From: Azolla caroliniana
Lineage: Eukaryota; Plantae; Polypodiophyta
Assembly: GCA_043228905.1 (NCBI GenBank)
Contig: JBHGNT010000012.1
Location: 13,206,001-13,270,000 of the forward strand
DNA: 64,000 nucleotides
Direction: 5' to 3'
Positions within the stretch are counted from its first letter, which is position 1; each line of letters begins with the position of its first letter. The position numbers and the translations under genes were made by a program. Of this stretch, positions 36,266 to 48,545 are shown piece by piece. Below the pieces are notes generated by a model that saw only the letters and a list, made by a program, of their open reading frames with translations, had not been told where the DNA came from and searched no databases.

Positions 36266-39200
36266 ACTCCTAGATCAATGCTTCAGAACACTGAGGACAA
36301 TGATGGGACTAGGACAAGTGACTGAGTAGAAGAGAGCTGAACAAATAGTAGTACAAGGAAAGTCGAGACTAGCTCGATTGGACGAGCCGAAAAGGCGCAA
36401 TATACCTCATTTGAAATCCAGTCTATCATGCGAAGACAAAACACATTGAGGAATGATTTCATCATATCCAGGAGCTCATAACAGAGAAGAAACTCGAAGT
36501 TCGGAAGATCGACACCGAGGTGAACATCACTGATTGCTTGACGAAGCCACTCCTAGATCAACGCTTCAGAACACTGAGGACAATTATGGGACTAGGACAA
36601 GCGACAGAGTAGAAGAGAGCCGAACAAACAATAGTACAAGGAAAGTCGAGACAAAACACATTGAGGAATGATTTCGTCATATCCAGGAGCTCATAACAGA
36701 GAAGAAACTCGAAGTTCGGAAGATCGACACTGAATGCTTGACAAAGCCACTCCTAGATCAAAGCTTTAGAACACTAAGGACAATGATGGAACTAGGACAA
36801 AGGACTGAGTAGAAGAGACAAAGAGGGTAAATACACAGAAAAACTAAATTCAAAATACTGTGTAAAACTCTGTACATAGGATGTGCTTAGAGAGCGCTTT
36901 TATACAAGTCCATACGGATTGACGGAAGTACTGACACGTACTTCAATGCTCATAACTGAGCTCCTACACTAACTCCCAAATATATTCCCTCGCAGAATAT
37001 TTGTTCACCAACCTCCCGGTTTCCACACCGATCCAGCCTCTTGTTGCGCACCAGTTTACGCACCGATCCGGCCTAACCGATTGATCCAAATCAATCCAGT
37101 TCTCGGCTTGCACAGCCGATTCGGCCAATGTTGAGCTTGTATCTCAACACTCCCCCTCAAGCTCAACTTGAGGCTTTTCTGGTCTTTCGCTCCGGTTTCT
37201 CTTGGCTTCACGCCTCGCTCGCACTCCTCGACCCGTTCGATTCCGCGCGCCTCGACCCTTACGGTCGGCTCGTTTGCTCGTGCGGCCTTTTCCAGTTCCC
37301 TTGGTGTCACGGTGTTGGTGCCTCTTCTACATCCCTTTATTCTGCTTGGCCTTCAGTTGATTCGGTGTCTCCGAATCAAACATCCGAGCCGAATCGGCTG
37401 GCCCCGATTCGTCTTCGCTTTTTTCCGCATTGGCTATCTCCAATTCGTCCTCAATCTTGACCTTCTCACTCTTGTTGGCTTAATCTCCCCCATGTTTGGC
37501 TAGCTCCGGCTCCTTCTTTCAGCTGTTACCCTCTTGTCCGCTTCCAGACTCTTCTGTGGATCCGCCTTCGGCTTCTTCAGCCGACACTAAATCTAATTCG
37601 TCATCCGATTTGATGTCATGGTCACTTCCGCTCCTTTCCTGCTCCTTCCCGTGGTCTTGCAGGACTTTTCTCCCCCTCAAGTTCGGCACGTCAAGGTGCC
37701 GCAACCCAAGCGCACCCGAGAATTGCTACAACTTGTCTAGACCAAGGGGCTTGGTGAAAATGTCGGCGTTCTGCCGATCCGTCAAAACATACTGAAGTTC
37801 AACTTCACTAGAGAGGACACGCTCACGGACAAAGTGGTAGTGCAGCTCAATGTGCTTAGTCCGGGCATGGAAGATGGGGTTCTTCACAAGTTGGATGTTG
37901 TTGAGGTTGTCGCAGTAGATCGTCGTCGGACTGGACACCTCCACCTGCAGATCCTTAAATAACCGCTTTAGGCATATGGCTTTGCACGTTGCGACAACCG
38001 CTCCTCGATACTCAGCCTCTGTGCTCGACATTGCAACTGTCGGCTGCTTCTTGCTACTCCACACGATCGTGGCGCTCCCAAGGGAGAACGCGAATCCGGA
38101 TGTGGATCGGCAATCGTCGGGAATTCCGGCCCAGTCGACATCCGTATAGCCGACTAGCTGCGTGGCAGTACCGGTTCGATATAGTAGTCCCAGGTCCTTA
38201 GTGCCACTGACGTACCTGAGTACGCGTTGCGCTCTCTAGAGGTGCTCCTCGGTTGGCCGTGCCATGAATTTACTAATCAAGCCGACCGGGTAACTAAGGT
38301 CTGGTCAGGTGATAGTCAAGTATATGAGGCTTCTAACAATCTGTCGAAACCTTTTCAGGTTCCCTAGGTCCTTCATATCAAATGATGCCGCAAGCTGGAG
38401 ATTTACGCGGTCAATTTCACCTAGGTTGACGTCGGTGATGACCAAGTCATCAACATAAAGTAAAATACTAATTGGCCCAAGTCGACCTTGCCGAACAAAC
38501 AATGAAGAGTCTGATTTGCACATCGCAAATCCCATCCGACGCAACTGCTACGTGATCTTCGCATTCTAGGCACACGAGGCTTGCTTTAGTCCGTAAAGGG
38601 ACTTCTTCAACCGGCATACCACCGAAGTGTTCGTTCTAGAGTGAAATCCAAGGGTTTGTGCCATATACACTTGTTCCTCAAGCTCGCCTTGCAGGAAAGC
38701 ATTCTTTACATCCATCTGATGTAAGTGTCAACCCTTCGATGTAGCTACCGCAAGAAAAACAAGGACAGTCGTCATCTTCGAGACCGGCGCAAACGTCTCA
38801 TCGTAATCAATGGCATGTTGTTGCGCGTAGCCTTTTGCTACTAATCGAGCCTTGTATCGGTTGATTGAGCCGTCAGTGTTGTACTTGATCTTGTACACCC
38901 ACCTGCATCCAATTGGCTTTACACCCTTGGGGGCGTCAACCAGGTCGTTCATCTCTTCCTCCATGGCGGCACGCCAATTTGCGTCCTTTGCCGCTTCTGC
39001 ATAGCTCTCTGGCTCATGCAATTCCGCTACACGTGTCATGTATGCATAGTGATGCGCCATATACTCACTATATTCGAACCGCACAACGAGGTTCTTTTGG
39101 CGGGTAGATCGACATAATTGATCATTAGCCGATGTTGAGGCCGTTCTGGCCGACGCGGGCGTCTCTCCTGAAGGCCCTTCATCACTCTGCTTGGAGTCGG

Positions 39201-39276
39201 ATTCACGTCGATCCGACTCATCCCTATCCGTGCCGTACTCCGGCATCTTCTTCTTTCCATTTTCTTTACACGTAAG

Positions 39277-39723
39277 TGTCATGAACACATGACCATTATG
39301 GCGCCACCCGGACTTGAACCTCGAACCTTGTAATCCATACTTGAAAACCTCAACCATTAAGATAACTTATTGTTATATGAAACAATAAATGCTACTTCTT
39401 GTATTATATTGATTATTCTAAAAACTCTAGATTATTCTAGAATGTTCTAGAATGTCCTAGAGCATTCTAGGTCTAGAACATTCTAGAACATTCTAGAAAT
39501 CTCTAAGCTATTCTATAGGAACCTATAAATAAGGGCATACATGTATTCTCAAATAAATTCGAATCAACACCAGTCTTTAGCTCTCCTCATTACATATCTT
39601 GTATCCATTCTCTTTCTTTCTCTATCTTATACATCCATTCTTCTCTTAGTATTTGGTTCCTTTCTTCTCGTGTTCTCTAATATCCTTCTTCCATCACTCT
39701 ATCTTTTATCCTTGGTTCTGACA
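39277..39723 (+). mobile_element. Solo LTR of a Tcn1-like family related to element A
   Basis: TGTCA...TGACA, perfect TSD GTAAG (39272-39276 and 39724-39728), ttctagaa HSE cluster 39411-39500, TATAAA at 39524. Confidence 0.92.
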
Positions 39724-40197
39724 GTAAGCCGTCTCTTCGGCTTCCTGCGTGGGGAATGCACGGCCGAGTCTCCACTACTCGCCGGCTCTTCATCTGACTG
39801 GTCAAACCGACCTAGTCGCTCATTCGGTCCACTTAGCCGAAATGAGATCGAACTCTCTTCAAGAGTTCTGACTTCGCGTTCATCAGGAGGCATCTCAGCC
39901 TCACTGACCTCATCTTCAGAACTCGGATTGGAGTTGAGGTCCGGAGTCGGAGGCAAATACCAAGACGCAAACTCATCGAACACGACATCGCGACTTACGC
40001 GAGCTTGTTTGGTTCGGGGGATATAACACTTATAACCCTTTTGTTCATCCGAATAGCTGACCAAGATACACTTCTCGACTTTCGCATCAAGCTTCCTCCG
40101 CTTCTCCTTCGACACATGCACATACGCGATGCTACCGAAGACCCTCAAGTGTCGTAGATTCGACTTCCTTCCGAAGTACAACTCTTGTGCCACCACT

Positions 40198-43100
40198 TGT
40201 CAAGATTCGAACTCTTGACACGACATAGTTATAATCTAGTATTATGAGTTAACCAAGATATCTAGTACATAGTTATGTATGTAATTGATCCTTATTATTT
40301 TGCTAGCATCATGTGCATAGTTGCTCCCTTGTAGTATTTATACTTGGCACATGCATGCATACCTACATGCTCTATTGTAGATTCACATGCGTGCAACAAG
40401 TATGCATGCCATGTAGTATAAATAGAGGAGATCACCTTGAAGGAATTCAAGGTGAACAACACCAGTTATGGAGTCTTTCCTTTAATACTATCTTCTTTCT
40501 TGTCCATTTGGTTATCTTCTTGCTTGTCTCTTGAGCTTATGATCCGTGACAGTTTGTTCACCTTCCCATCCTCATAGCTCTCCCTCTCATAAGCCATAGC
40601 TATGTCCGACTCAACTAGTGAGTTAGGCCAAATAATGGTAGCCTTACAACAGCTATAGCTTGAAAATGAAGCTCTTCGAAATTCTTTACAAGAACTTCAA
40701 GTCGGTACCTCCCTATCCTCACAACCCCCGAACCCTAGTCTCCCACAACAACCTAGCCTAGAGCCCGATCTTCTACCAACATCTAGCCTAGCTTCGTCAC
40801 AGTTTCTTGAGCCTAAGGTTAGCCTCCCAGAAAAATTTGATGGAACGAGGTTGCGTTTCCAAGGGTTCATCAACCAAGTTCGACTTATCATTCGGCTACA
40901 ACCTCAACGTTATGGAGATGGTCTTCGACAAGTCGGCCTTGTGGGCACCCTTCTCTCCGGTCCGGCCCAAGCTTGGTTTGCACCATTGGTAGAAACCTCG
41001 TCACCTCTATTGGAGGACTTTCCCGCCTTCCTCGCCAAGTTAGAGGCCACATTTGGAGAGACGGACCGACGACGTACAACTCTTAACAAGATTTATGCAC
41101 TCGAACAAGGTTCGCGTGCAGCTTCGGTCTATGCTTCAAAATTTCGACAACTAGCATGCGACGTCAATTGGGATGATCAAGCTTTAGCTGATCACTTTCG
41201 GCACGGCCTTCAAAGCAATGTCAAGAATCTTCTCTTAAACTTTCCAGAGCCCACCTCGTTATCCCAAGCGATTTCACAAGCAGTCCATTGTGACAATCGT
41301 CTTTTCGAATTTCGCCAAGAAGAGCGCTGGACTTGGGTTCCACCTCATTCACTTCCACGCCACGCCCCGATCATACAACCCCAGGCATCCTCACACTCGC
41401 CTACTTTGGCAGATGCTCCTATCCCCATGGAAATTGATCAAGCCCGATTTCGGCCATTGACTGATGTGGAACGACAATTTCGGCGGGCTAATGGCTTGTG
41501 CATGTATTGTGGCGCCTCTGGTCATGTCGTTCGCCATTGTCCTAGGAGTACTCGCCCACAATTCCATCGAGCTAATGGACCCCAACATTCGGAAAACGAC
41601 ATCGTTCGGTTGCATGCAACTGGACATCTCCCGTCGCCCACTTTCTCTTGGTTCCATTGCCGAACCATCAGGCAATTTCACATTGGAGGTATGGATTTCG
41701 TTTAACTCTAGTTCCATTCAGTCTGTTGCTTTACTTGATTCTAGGGCATCTTCTTGCTTCATCGACGTCGCGTTTGCCCAAGCACATGGCGTACCTGTCG
41801 TTGGCCTCTCAAAACCCATTCCAGTTGAAGCCATCGACGGGTGCGTCCTCTCGTCAGGTGCAATTACTCAAGCTACAATCCCATTAGGGCTTTGGGTGGG
41901 CTCACACCAGGAGGAGCTCGCCTTTTACCTCATCGCATCTCCTCGACATCCGATCGTCTTAGGACTAACGTGGTTGGAGGCTCACAATCCAATAGTGGAT
42001 TGGTGCAACCACTCGATCACATTTAGCAAGCCAAGATGCTCGTGCCAAAGTATGAAGGTAAATTCAGTTTCCTATCCTTCGGAGACGGTCGACTCCGAAT
42101 TGACTACCCCATCATCGGTCCAGGATGGGTTTGTTTGTGGCGCCATTTCTAACACACTCCATGTTATACCCGAAAAATACCAACACTTCTCCAACGTATT
42201 TGAAAAATGTAATCCTGATCGTTTGCCTGAACACCGGCTCTACGACTGTCCGATTGATCTTCAAGAAGGTGTGTGTCCACCCTTTGGTCCTCTATATGCG
42301 TTGTCTGCACCAGAGTTGAAGGCCCTTCGTGTGTATCTCGATGAGAACCTCGAGAAAGGATTTATTCAACCTTCTAAGTCACCAGCCGGGGGCCCCATTT
42401 TATTTGTGAAGAAGAAGGATGGCTCTCTACGCTTATGTGTCGACTACCGAGGTCTCAACAAACTCACTGTGCGTAACCGTTATCCGCTACCTCTAATCCC
42501 CGAACTCCTTGATCGGCTCCGAGTTGCGCGTGTCTTCTCCAAAGTTGATTTGCGTGGAGCGTACAATCTAGTACGCATCAAGCCGGGGGATGAGTGGAAA
42601 ACCGCATTTCGAACACGGTATGGGCATTTCGAATACAAGGTAATGCCTTTTGGTCTTACTAACGCTCCCGCAGTTTTTCAACATATGATGAACGATATAT
42701 TCCGGGAATATCTTGATCTTTTTGTTGTCATTTACCTCGATGATATTCTCATTTTCTCGCCAAACATGGAGGAGCACACTCGCCAAGTCCGATTAGTTCT
42801 TGCCAAACTTCGCGAGCATGGCCTTTATGCCAAAGGCGAGAAATGCGAGTTCGATCGTACCTCGATCGAATTTCTGGGCTACATCATCTCGCCCACTAGC
42901 ATCACCATCTCTGTCATTCAGGCGTGGGCGACTCCAAGGCGACTTAAAGATGTGCAATCCTTCCTCGGCTTCGCGAATTTTTACCGTCGCTTCATCAAGG
43001 GGTTTTCCACCCTAGCACAACCTCTTATCGCTCTCACCCATAAAGGCACTCCATTTTTATGGACCTCGGAGGCGCAAAATGCGTTCGACTCACTCAAACA

Positions 43101-46011
43101 CGCATTCATCACTGCCCCGGTGTTGCTACATGCTGACCCCACAAAACCCTTCCAAGTCGAAACCGATGCCTCTGACTTTGCCATTGGCGTCGTCTTATCC
43201 CAGGCAGACGACAACAACCTAATGCACCCAGTGGCTTACTATTCCCAAAAATTTACGGCATCCGAAATCAATTATCCCATTTACGACAAGGAGCTTGCTG
43301 CTATCATTGTTGCCTTTGAAGAATGGCGACCCTACTTGGCCAGCGCACAACATCGTGTCCAGGTAGTGACTGATCATAAAAATTTAGTTTATTTTTCCAC
43401 CACTCATACTTTGAATCGAAGGCAGGCCCGTTGGTCGACATTTCTCGCCGACTACGGTTTGAGATCGTATTTCGACCTAGTGGCCAACATGGGAAGGTTG
43501 ATGCCCTTTCTCGCTAAGCTGACCTTGCACTCCGCCTTGGGGATGCTGCTTATGCTCAACAATCTAGACGTTTGTTGAAACCCGACCAATTGCATCTTTT
43601 TGCCTCTTGTATGTTGCAGGATGATTCTTTACTCCAACAAATCACTGATACATCCAAGACCGATACGTTCGCCAACGAGGTTCGAGATAGTCTGCAAAAC
43701 CCCTCCAAGGCGACCAAAAGGAAGGATCTTGACACCTTCACCATACAAGAGGGTTTGTTGTTCCGATATCATCTCTTATACGTCCCGGATGGCCCATGTC
43801 GCACCCGGGTGTTGCGGGAATGCCACGATGACCCACTTGCAAGTCATTTCGGGGTCATGAAAACCCTCGAGCTAATCTCTCGGGGGTATTGGTGGCCACA
43901 ACCATGGAAGTTGGTCAAAGAATACATAAAGAGTTGTGAGGTTTGTGCTCGCTCCAAAGCCATTCATCATCGGCCATACGGCTTACTACAGCCGCTTCCA
44001 TGTCCTCGTCGTCCTTGGGCCTCTATCTCTATGGACCTGATAACTGATCTACCCTTGGTCAATAGCTATAACTCGGTGTTGGTCATTGTCGATCGGTTTA
44101 CGAAGATGGCTCACTTCACTCCATGCTCCAAAACCATTTCCGGAGAAGGAATGATGCATCTACTACTCAACAATGTGGTACGCTTGCATGGACTCCCCGA
44201 TGATTAACAATCGGCAACGGTTCGGTTCGGTTCGGTTCGGTTTGAGAGGGTCCAAACCGAACCGGTTTGGAACCGAACCATTTAAAAATGTTGAAACCTG
44301 AACCGAACCGCGAAACCTTTAAACCGAACCGTTAAACATTTTTCAAACCGTTAAACCATTAAACCGTAAAAACCGCGGTTTCGTGGTTCAGTTTCGGTTT
44401 TCAACATAGGTCAAATTTATTTTATTTTATTTTTAAATTTATAATATTTCATTATTTAGAGTTTTTAAAATTTTTAAGATGTTCCTAAAATGTGAGAATA
44501 AGAGTAAAAATGAAAAGATTGTTTAAAAACAATTTTTAAAATTTTTTAGAATTTTTTTCAAAATTTTAATTTTTTTTAAAAAAATTAAAAAAATTAAAAA
44601 TTAAAAACCGTTTAAACCGTTTAAACCGAGGTTTTTGATTGCTGAAACCAAACCGAAACCGAACCGAACCGTTGAAACCGTTAAGCCGTTAAACCGCGGT
44701 TTCGCGGTTCGGTTCGGTTCAAACCGAACCGTTGCCGATTGTTACCGATGATGTCATCTCGGATCGCGGACCCCAGTTTGTCTCTCACTTTCGGCAATGC
44801 CTGCTACAAACTTTAGGCATCTCTGTCAAGTTGTCCTCCGCTTATCACCCCCAAACTGACGGGCAAACAGAGCGTGTCAACCAAATCCTTGAGCAGTATC
44901 TTCGGTGCTCGGTTAGTAACCAACAAGATGATTGGGTCAACTTACTTTCGCTCGCGGAATTCGCCTACAATAATTCTCTCCATGCATCAACTGGCGTCAC
45001 TCCCTTCTTTGCCAACTATGGTTTACATCCTCGCTTCAACATTTCCCTTCCTACCACTTCCGTGAACCCTTCGGTGGAGGATCGCGCCCGCATTTTGGAA
45101 GAACTACATCATGATTTATCCTTGGAGCTTAGTCTTGCTAGTGAACGATACAAGAAGCAGGATGATCGCCATCGATCTTCCACTCCACACTTTGTCGTTG
45201 GAGACATGGTCTGGTTGTTACGTCGACACATCTCTACTACTCGTCCATGTGCGAAACTTGATTACAAGAAGTTGGGACCATTCCGTATCATCGAGTGCAT
45301 CAATCTCGTCGCCTTCCGGCTCGCCCTTCCATTCCACTTCCGGATTCACGATGTTTTTCATGTCTCCCTCCTCGAACCCCATTATGCTTCACAACTCCCA
45401 GGACGTCAGGCCCCACCACCACCACCTGTGCAATTGACGACAGGGGAGGAATACGAGATCGACCAAATCCTTGACTCACGTTGGCACCGTCGACACTTAC
45501 AATACCTCATCCTATGGAGGGGTTACCCCATGTCTGAGGCCACATGGGAACCATCGGCAAATTTACAAAATGCCCCAGAGGTCATCCAAGATTTTCATCA
45601 CCGATATCCCCACAAACCAGCGGCGGATTTGGGAAGGCGGCGTAGGAGGGGGGATAATGTCAAGATTCGAACTCTTGACACAACATAGTTATAATCTAGT
45701 ATTATGAGTTAACCAAGATATCTAGTACATAATTATGTATGTAATTGATCCTTATTATTTTGCTAGCATCATGTGCATAGTTGCTCCCTTGTAGTATTTA
45801 TACTTGGCACATGCATGCATACCTACATGCTCTATTGTAGATTCACATGCGTGCAACAAGTATGCATGCCATGTAGTATAAATAGAGGAGATCACCTTGA
45901 AGGAATTCAAGGTGAACAACACCAGTTATGGAGTCTTTCCTTTAATACTATCTTCTTTCTTGTCCATTTGGTTATCTTCTTGCTTGTCTCTTGAGCTTAT
46001 GATCCGTGACA
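40198..46011 (+). mobile_element. Gypsy chromovirus, Tcn1/Tf1-sushi-like (element B)
   Basis: 354-bp LTRs 40198-40551 and 45658-46011 (2 differences seen), TSD CCACT. Gag about 40602-41705, PR-RT-RH 41464-43578, INT and chromodomain 43572-45688. No tRNA PBS. Confidence 0.95.
44205..44744. mobile_element. hAT-type MITE inserted in the integrase of element B
   Basis: TIR taacaatcggcaacggttcggtt / aaccgaaccgttgccgattgtta, 8-bp TSD CCGATGAT (44197-44204 and 44745-44752), subterminal aaccg repeats, AT-rich core. Confidence 0.93.
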
Positions 46012-48498
46012 CCACTTTTTTGCCGATCCGATTCTGGATGTAGACCGCGGTTCAGACCGCTTCGGCCTAATAGAACTTGGGCATGCTCTTTTCTTCCAAC
46101 ATTGCTCGTGCCGCTTCCACAACCGACCGATTCTTCCTTTCGGTTACGCCATTTTGCTCCGGCGTATACCTGAAACTAAATTCGCGTCGAATTCCCATTT
46201 GTTGCAGATAACTGTTGAATTGGCCGGAAAAGTACTCTTTTCTGCCATCTGATCGCAGGCACTTGATCTTCCTCCCTGTTTCCCTTTCGACAAGATTTTT
46301 GAGGTTCCAGAAACAGTCGAAGACTTCACTCTTCTTTTCGATGAGGTAGATTCATGTGTGCCAAGTGTAGTTGTCGATGAAGGAGACGAAATATTGACCC
46401 CTGCCAAGACTCATGTTCTATGTCGGTCCCCATACATCTGAATGTATCAAGTCGAGCTTATTTTGACTCCGATTACGCTCGTTGGGGAAAGGAAGTTGGT
46501 GTTACTTCCCTAGTTGGCAGGCTTCACAAATTTGGGCCTTTTGACCATTGAATTTCGGCAATCCGAACACAACTTGTTTCGATTGCAGGTCCGGAAGCCT
46601 TTGGTAGTTGACGTGGCCTATCCGCTTATGCCACAAATGGATATCAGACTCAACTTTTTGCCCTTTTGCGAACATGGCGGTGCCTATGTCACCACGATGC
46701 CTTCTTCCTTGCTCCTGTCGGCCGCCTCCATTGCACGCCGACTCGCCTCATCCACCACAACCACAGGACGGGGCCTATCTCCCTTTGTGTACAACATCTT
46801 GTTGTTAGCGTGCGTACTTGTCGACGTACCCGTGTGATTCTCCTCTACAAGGAGCATTGACTGCAAGTCGAAAAACGACGGTGTATTCTCCCTTGTACAA
46901 ATAATAGTTCGGAATGCTTCGTACTTCGACGCCAATCCTCCGTGGTAGATCTGCACCATTTCGCCCTCCTCAACATTCACATCGATGGAGGCGAGGGAGT
47001 CGCAGATATCTTTTATCTTGGAGGTGTAGTCAGCCACCGTCATGTCGTGTTGATGCACATTGCTCAACTTCTGTCGGAGTTGGCTTCCTGGCTGTGGTGC
47101 TTGCGGCGAAAATCTTTTTCAGATTTCCCCAAGCATCCTTCGGCGTACTTGCATCCCAAATGTAGCTCAAGAGTTGTTCGCTCACACAGGATGTGAAGCA
47201 ATAGAGAACTTTGCTCGCCGATTGTTCCCAGGCTAGGAAGTCTCTGTGTGTCGATTCGGGTGCTGCATCATTCGCTCCATCGACATAGCTCATGTATCCA
47301 TGTCCGAGCAGGTACTGGTGCATCTTGTACGACCAAGATGCATAGTTACTTCTGTCGAGCTTCTCAGTTGGAAGCAAACTAGTCATACCTCTATCCATTT
47401 TTTTCTTTCTGTTCTTCACCGAGATTAGGTTTTTTGTTTCAAGCTGAAGTCGGTTGTAGAGGTTCTCAACCCTCGCGCTTTGATACCATGAGAAATGTTA
47501 CATGTGGAAGCTATACGAAACAAAGAATACTGACAAAGAAAAACAGGTTTAATGGAGAGCTTAAGACACAATGTACGCGGGAGAGATAGAGAGGGTAAAC
47601 ACACTGAAAAACTGAAATCAAAATTATGTGTAAAACTCTGTACATAGGATGTGCTCAGAGAGCGCTTTTATACAAGTTCATAAGGACTGGCAGAAGTACT
47701 GACACGTACTTCAATGGTCATAACTGAGCTCCTACACTAACTCCCAAATATATTCCCTCGCGGAATATTTGTTCAATGGCCTCCCGGTTTCCGCACCAAT
47801 CCGGCCTCTTGTTGTGCACCGGTTTGTGTACCAGTTTACGCACCGGTTTACGTACTGATCTGGCCTAACCGATCAATCCAAACCGATCCGGTTCTCGGCT
47901 TGCACAGCCGATCCGGTGAATGTTGAGCTTGTATATCAACAAACACTGAGCGAGGATACTCACTAGAGAGGAAACAATCGAGGGGCGAATGAACCGAAGA
48001 TAGATTGAAGATTTAGTGAGGAGCACAGGAACGAGTGCATACAGAGAGCATACGATTGACCAAAGGATGAGAGTCAGAATTGGACATGAGCCGATCCAAA
48101 CAAACGAGCTGATTCGGACACGACACGATTCGAACTAGTCGATCCGACCAACTTAGACAAGCCGACCCAAACAACATACGATCCGGATAACTAACTAAAT
48201 TAGGCTAGATTCTGACTTTACCTCTACCAATTCGGCCATATTCCGTCTGACTTATAATTATACAATTGTAACTTTCGATTAAAATTGTAATCTAGGTTTA
48301 CGGGGGAGATAACCCTATATCACTGTATGTAGATAGAGTAGTCTTATGGGGGAGTTTGTTGGGCTAAAAGTCCCACTTGTATCCTAGTGTGAACACGTCC
48401 TCATAGTTAGGGCGAAGTTACCCTAACTATATAAGTGAGAGACTAAGCATTGTAAATGTGAGGTTCGAAGGTTAATGTAAGATAGTCTTCTTTGAGCA

Positions 48499-48545
<47 letters not shown>

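Larger units (their letters stand above)
36813..47941 (-). mobile_element. Ty1/Copia element (Copia-3, related to Copia-1) with internal deletions and two nested insertions
   Basis: 5' LTR 47489-47941, PBS tggtatcaaagc, gag 46684-47419, integrase pieces 46017-46660 and 39729-40192, RT 38305-39271, RH about 37726-38200, PPT, truncated 3' LTR about 36813-37149. Confidence 0.88.

Noticed and set aside
39290-39375. Functional tRNA gene
   Set aside because: A/B boxes are present but the acceptor and anticodon stems do not pair. Treated as a tRNA-derived cassette, not a tRNA.
41585-41605. PEG10-like -1 frameshift site (GGAAAAC) between gag and pol of element B
   Set aside because: The pol ORF is in the +1 frame relative to gag in this copy, so a -1 shift is not supported without assuming an additional indel.
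48500-48545. (CT)n and similar microsatellites in LTRs
   Set aside because: Common LTR R/U5 feature here, with no additional structure.
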